DNA of 64,000 bases from an uncultured Candidatus Saccharibacteria bacterium (lineage in GTDB: Bacteria > Patescibacteriota > Minisyncoccia > UBA6257 > 1-14-0-10-44-23), in the NCBI GenBank assembly GCA_964394435.1, contig CAYMXN010000002.1:14196-78195 (forward strand), given 5' to 3'. Below, one piece after another: positions 60,204 to 64,000 of this stretch (within the stretch, counting starts at the first letter, position 1; every line of letters starts with the position of its first letter). Below the pieces are notes generated by a model. It had not been told where the DNA came from and made no database searches. It saw nothing but the letters and a program-made list of their open reading frames with translations. Made by a program: the position numbers and the translations under genes.

Positions 60204-62315
60204 ATGGCACCAAAGCCACCGAAAATTAGGCCTCGTCCGCAGCGAACCGTGATTACCAATGACGTTTCTCGTGGACCATCGGCCCACCCTGCCCCAAAGC
60301 AGGACGCACCAAAACACGTCGCCCATTCAGCAAAAGCGAAAGATTTCGACCAAGTGAAGGATGCGATGTTTTATAAACCACAAGCTTCGTCAGCACCGAT
60401 TGATCCGAGCGCTATTGTCGTTCGCAAGCGAACTGACCCAGAGCACTCTTCGCATCGCCACGCACCACACCAACACGGTGCGGCCCGTCCACACGGACAC
60501 GGCGACGCGAGTCGGCGCACAGAAAAGATGTACCGCATGTCTTCAGCGATTAAGCGCAACCCGATTGCTGACAAGAAACTTTACGCTCAAGAGAACTCAC
60601 TCAAAGGACATGAGCAAAAAGACGAACACGGCACTACCGGCGGACTCAAGCGCGACACACTCTACTACGTCCCGCTCGGAGGACTCGAAGAGGTTGGACG
60701 CAACTCGATGTTTTTCGAATACAACGATGAGATCGTTATTGTTGATATGGGTATTCAGTTCCCGGTTGAAGAAACGCCGGGCGTAGACTGGATTATTCCA
60801 AACGTCAGCTACCTCGAAAAGAAAAAACAGAATATCAAAGCACTTATTATTACCCACGCACACTACGACCACTTTGGCGCCGTGCCGTATGTACTTGAGA
60901 AACTTGGTAATCCGACCATTTATGGAACTGCACTTATTCGTGCTGTTTTGGAAAAGCGCTTAGCTGAAATTCCTAACGCACCGAAAATGAAGTTCCACGA
61001 AATCAAGAATCACGACAAGATTAAGCTTTCTGAAAACTTCACCTCCGAGTTCTTTGGCGTAAGCCACACCGTACCGGATACGACCGGCGTCGCGCTCCAC
61101 ACCCCTGCCGGACTGATGGTGCACTTTGCCGACTTCCGCTTGGACTACAACGAAGAAGGAACGGCAGAAAATCTTCAAGAGTTTGAGCGCCTCGGTAAGA
61201 TGAACGTGCATACGCTCTGCATCGACTCAACTAACGCTTGGGAGTCTGGACACTCGGTTTCCGAGAAGATTGTTGAAGCGAACTTGGAAAAGATGATGCT
61301 TGAAGCCGAGGGACGTATTATTCTCTCGACCTTTGCTTCGATGATCACGCGTATCGCCGAGATCGTAAAAATCGCCGAGAAAATTGGGCGCAAAGTTATG
61401 ATTAACGGGCGCAGTATGAAAGAAAACCTGGAGATTGCGCGCAGCCTTGGTTATGTGAAGTTTAAACCAGGTAGTGTTGTTCCAATTGAAGACATTGCTA
61501 AGTATAAAGACGACAAAATTTTGATCCTCTCTACTGGAGCACAGGGTCAAGAAAATGCTGGACTTATGCGCATCGTGAATGGCGAACACCGCTTTGTGAA
61601 GGTAAAAGCTGGCGACACCGTCATCTTTTCTTCCTCGGTCATCCCGGGTAACGAGCGTGGCGTACAGACGCTTAAAGATAACTTTGCCCGTCAGGGAGCG
61701 ACAGTTATTACAAACAACGACCTCGACATTCACTCCTCCGGACACGCTCCGGGAGCAGACCTGGGCCTCGTCGCACAACTCTGTAAGCCAAAGTTTGTTA
61801 TTCCAGTTCACGGCCACTACTTTATGCGCGCGTCTAACGTGCTCAACATGAAGCGTATTGGCATCGCAAAAGAACGCGTCATTTTGATGGATAACGGACA
61901 GATCGCTGAAGTTACTCCAGATAATGTAAAAATCACTGATAAAACTGTTGATGCGTTTTACGTACTCGTCGACGGTCTCGGCGTCGGTGATGTCGAAGCG
62001 GTTGTACTTCGCGATCGCAAACTCCTCTCACAAGAAGGAATGGTGGTTATTATCTCGACCGTCGACCGTCGCACGGGTAGGTTAATGAAAAATCCAGACG
62101 TGATTAGCCGTGGATTTATTTACCTCAAAGACCATACCTCGCTCATTGATGAGATTCGCACAAAGATTCGCAATATTCTTACGCAAACCCAGCATAAGAA
62201 ACAGGCTCCAGAAAGCGACTACATCAAGGGACTGATTCGCGATCAAGTTGGGCTCTTCCTGTACAACAAGACGATGCGTCGTCCGATGATTCTTCCGGTA
62301 ATTATCGAAGTCTAG
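60204..62315 (+). CDS. rnj: Ribonuclease J with long N-terminal extension
   Basis: PLGGLEEVGRN, THAHYDH, IHSSGH, PVHG, RRPMILP. Confidence 0.95.
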   Translation: MAPKPPKIRPRPQRTVITNDVSRGPSAHPAPKQDAPKHVAHSAKAKDFDQVKDAMFYKPQASSAPIDPSAIVVRKRTDPEHSSHRHAPHQHGAARPHGHGDASRRTEKMYRMSSAIKRNPIADKKLYAQENSLKGHEQKDEHGTTGGLKRDTLYYVPLGGLEEVGRNSMFFEYNDEIVIVDMGIQFPVEETPGVDWIIPNVSYLEKKKQNIKALIITHAHYDHFGAVPYVLEKLGNPTIYGTALIRAVLEKRLAEIPNAPKMKFHEIKNHDKIKLSENFTSEFFGVSHTVPDTTGVALHTPAGLMVHFADFRLDYNEEGTAENLQEFERLGKMNVHTLCIDSTNAWESGHSVSEKIVEANLEKMMLEAEGRIILSTFASMITRIAEIVKIAEKIGRKVMINGRSMKENLEIARSLGYVKFKPGSVVPIEDIAKYKDDKILILSTGAQGQENAGLMRIVNGEHRFVKVKAGDTVIFSSSVIPGNERGVQTLKDNFARQGATVITNNDLDIHSSGHAPGADLGLVAQLCKPKFVIPVHGHYFMRASNVLNMKRIGIAKERVILMDNGQIAEVTPDNVKITDKTVDAFYVLVDGLGVGDVEAVVLRDRKLLSQEGMVVIISTVDRRTGRLMKNPDVISRGFIYLKDHTSLIDEIRTKIRNILTQTQHKKQAPESDYIKGLIRDQVGLFLYNKTMRRPMILPVIIEV

Positions 62316-62323
62316 CACTTCAT

Positions 62324-62354
62324 CAAAAAACCAGCTCGCGAGGGCTGGTTTTTT
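62324..62354 (+). terminator. Intrinsic terminator after rnj
   Basis: aaaaaaccagctc-gc-gagggctggtttttt hairpin. Confidence 0.75.
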
Positions 62355-62425
62355 GATTTTTAAAGCATAATTCGTTAGGGTTGGGGTAGAACCTTTCACT
62401 AATCCAAACTTCATGGAGGGATGTC

Positions 62426-63220
62426 ATGAAGAAGATTTCAGACAAAGAGGTCGCCCCTCTCTGGACAGCCTACCACGATGGGTGCACGGACGAGCAAAAA
62501 CTCGACCTGCGTAATCGCCTAGCTACTCACTATTACCTTCTTGTTAGATTTCATGCAGAACGCATGGCCTCAACCCTTCCTGCTTCGGTTGATGTTGATG
62601 ATCTGATTTCTATGGGTACTTTTGGTCTCCTGGAGGCGATTGAGAATTTTGATCCCACTCGAGGATTCCAATTCAAGACATACGCAGTAGATCGTATCCG
62701 TGGAGCGATGTTTGACGGGCTAAGAAAAAGTGACTGGGTTGCTCGCCTCGTCCGGATCAGGCAAAAACTTTACCGGCGAACGCTTGATGGGCTTCGCGCA
62801 ACGCTTGGTCATGAGCCGTCTGACGATGAGGTGCGAGCTAAGCTCAAAATGAGTCGTCAGGAATACGAGAACTTCATGTCTGATGCCCAGGAAGAGATCT
62901 CGGTCCTCTCGCTCACCGATGAGGCTGAAGGTGCCGAAGATGAGGGCGGGGCACGAATGATCGACCTGATTGAGGATAAGAGTACACCCTCTCCGCTCAC
63001 CTCCAGTCTCCAAAATGACAACTTCAGATGGATACTGCGCGCCCTACCGAGAACAGAGCGCGCAATACTACTCCTCTACCTAAGCAGCGGAATGACTATG
63101 GCAGAGATTGCCGAAGAGCTTTTGCTCACCGAAAGTAGAATATGCCAACTCTATTCCCGAGCGCTTGAACGCCTCCGCGAACATCTCTCACGGCATAATT
63201 ACCTCGAACGCAATACCTAA
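62426..63220 (+). CDS. FliA/WhiG-family (sigma-28-like) RNA polymerase sigma factor
   Basis: DLIS.G.FGL.EAIE.FDP.RG..F.TYA..RIRGAM.D.LR..DW; region 4 EIA..L.LTESRICQ. Confidence 0.9.
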   Translation: MKKISDKEVAPLWTAYHDGCTDEQKLDLRNRLATHYYLLVRFHAERMASTLPASVDVDDLISMGTFGLLEAIENFDPTRGFQFKTYAVDRIRGAMFDGLRKSDWVARLVRIRQKLYRRTLDGLRATLGHEPSDDEVRAKLKMSRQEYENFMSDAQEEISVLSLTDEAEGAEDEGGARMIDLIEDKSTPSPLTSSLQNDNFRWILRALPRTERAILLLYLSSGMTMAEIAEELLLTESRICQLYSRALERLREHLSRHNYLERNT

Positions 63221-63356
63221 ACAGAGCTTTCCGCGAAGATGCCATTGGTTTTCTTGGCCGCCCACTTAGAGATGAGTAGGCGGCCATTTATTTTAGAAAC
63301 CCTTGAAAAGAATCTTTCAATTGTATAGGATTCAGCTAGTCTTAGGAGGATTTCCC

Positions 63357-64000
63357 ATGGCTTCCCAACCCGCACTGAAGATCGACAACCAGATCGTTCT
63401 AATTCCGCGCGTACGGATTCGGCCCTTCAAAGACCAGCCGCGTACCTACTTTGATCCCGATGCCCTTGAGGAGCTCGCAAATAGCATCTCCGAGGTTGGA
63501 CAGCTAACCCCCGTACTCGTTCGCCGCATCGATGGCGACCCTGAGCATGACTATCAGCTTATCGCCGGGCAACGACGCTGGCATGCGTGTGAGGCTGCGG
63601 GTGTGGCGTTGATGCGTGCCGAGATCAAGGACGTTAAGAGCGAAGAAGAGGCTTATCTCCTTTCTGCAGTTGAGAACTTTGCTCGCCTTGACCTTTCGGA
63701 CATCGAGACGGCTCGGACACTCAAGAAGGTCAGGGATCAGCAAAACTGGACCGCTGATCGACTCGCTCGTGCTTTCGGTCGAACGAGATCTTGGGTTACC
63801 CAGCGTCTCCAACTTCTCACGCTACACCCTGGCGTTCAGGCAATGATGGAGCCGAGGCCGGGCGTCCCAGAAAATCAGCGCATCACCTTCTCGTTTGCGC
63901 TTCGTCTCGCCGGTATCCGCCGTGATCTCCAGCTGGATATTGCGCGTACCGTCATCGAACGTGGAATGAAACTCAATCAGGCGACCGCCTTTTTGAAGCG
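63357..64000 (+). CDS. ParB/Spo0J-family protein (runs off the window; absent from ORF track)
   Basis: MASQ...QPRTYFD..ALEELANSI..VGQLTPVLVR...YQLIAGQRRWHA...VENFAR.DL; AGGAGG SD; TTGAAA-17-TAGGAT. Confidence 0.88.
   Translation, partial: MASQPALKIDNQIVLIPRVRIRPFKDQPRTYFDPDALEELANSISEVGQLTPVLVRRIDGDPEHDYQLIAGQRRWHACEAAGVALMRAEIKDVKSEEEAYLLSAVENFARLDLSDIETARTLKKVRDQQNWTADRLARAFGRTRSWVTQRLQLLTLHPGVQAMMEPRPGVPENQRITFSFALRLAGIRRDLQLDIARTVIERGMKLNQATAFLK

Overview
Window from a small-genome bacterium, most likely Patescibacteria/CPR (Parcubacteria-like). This is inferred from gene content and style: compact housekeeping operons, a type IV pilus cluster, short RF2 and HolB, and many orphans. It uses the standard code. 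Core genes include gyrB, secE-nusG-rplK, rpmA, rplI, def/fmt, ftsEX, prfB, tpiA, mreBCD-pbp2, a second mreB, proS, rseP, frr, murA, secG and rnj, plus four tRNAs (Gln-CTG, Thr-CGT, Gly-CCC, Leu-CAG). Four unexplained structures stand out. (1) About a dozen mostly GC-richer orphan or foreign-looking genes, including a FliA/WhiG-type sigma factor and a lone ParB, sit singly between core operons. Nearly all have a strong Shine-Dalgarno, most have a -35/-10 promoter, and several have their own terminator. Core genes instead lack an SD and often start 6-11 nt after a bare -10 box. (2) Three ~120-bp elements with TCCCGTTAGAGG...CCTCTAACGGGA inverted ends sit at gene starts; two of them bracket an ftsB-like gene and overlap its start and stop codons. 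(3) A small GIY-YIG nuclease gene lies between two copies of the tRNA-Gln 5' end, one copy interrupted by a perfect 18-bp palindrome, next to a REP-like hairpin family. An AT-rich islet with a Shedu-like nuclease follows. (4) A ~195-nt structured non-coding transcription unit lies at 36750-36945. All calls come from reading the sequence and motifs; no searches were run.
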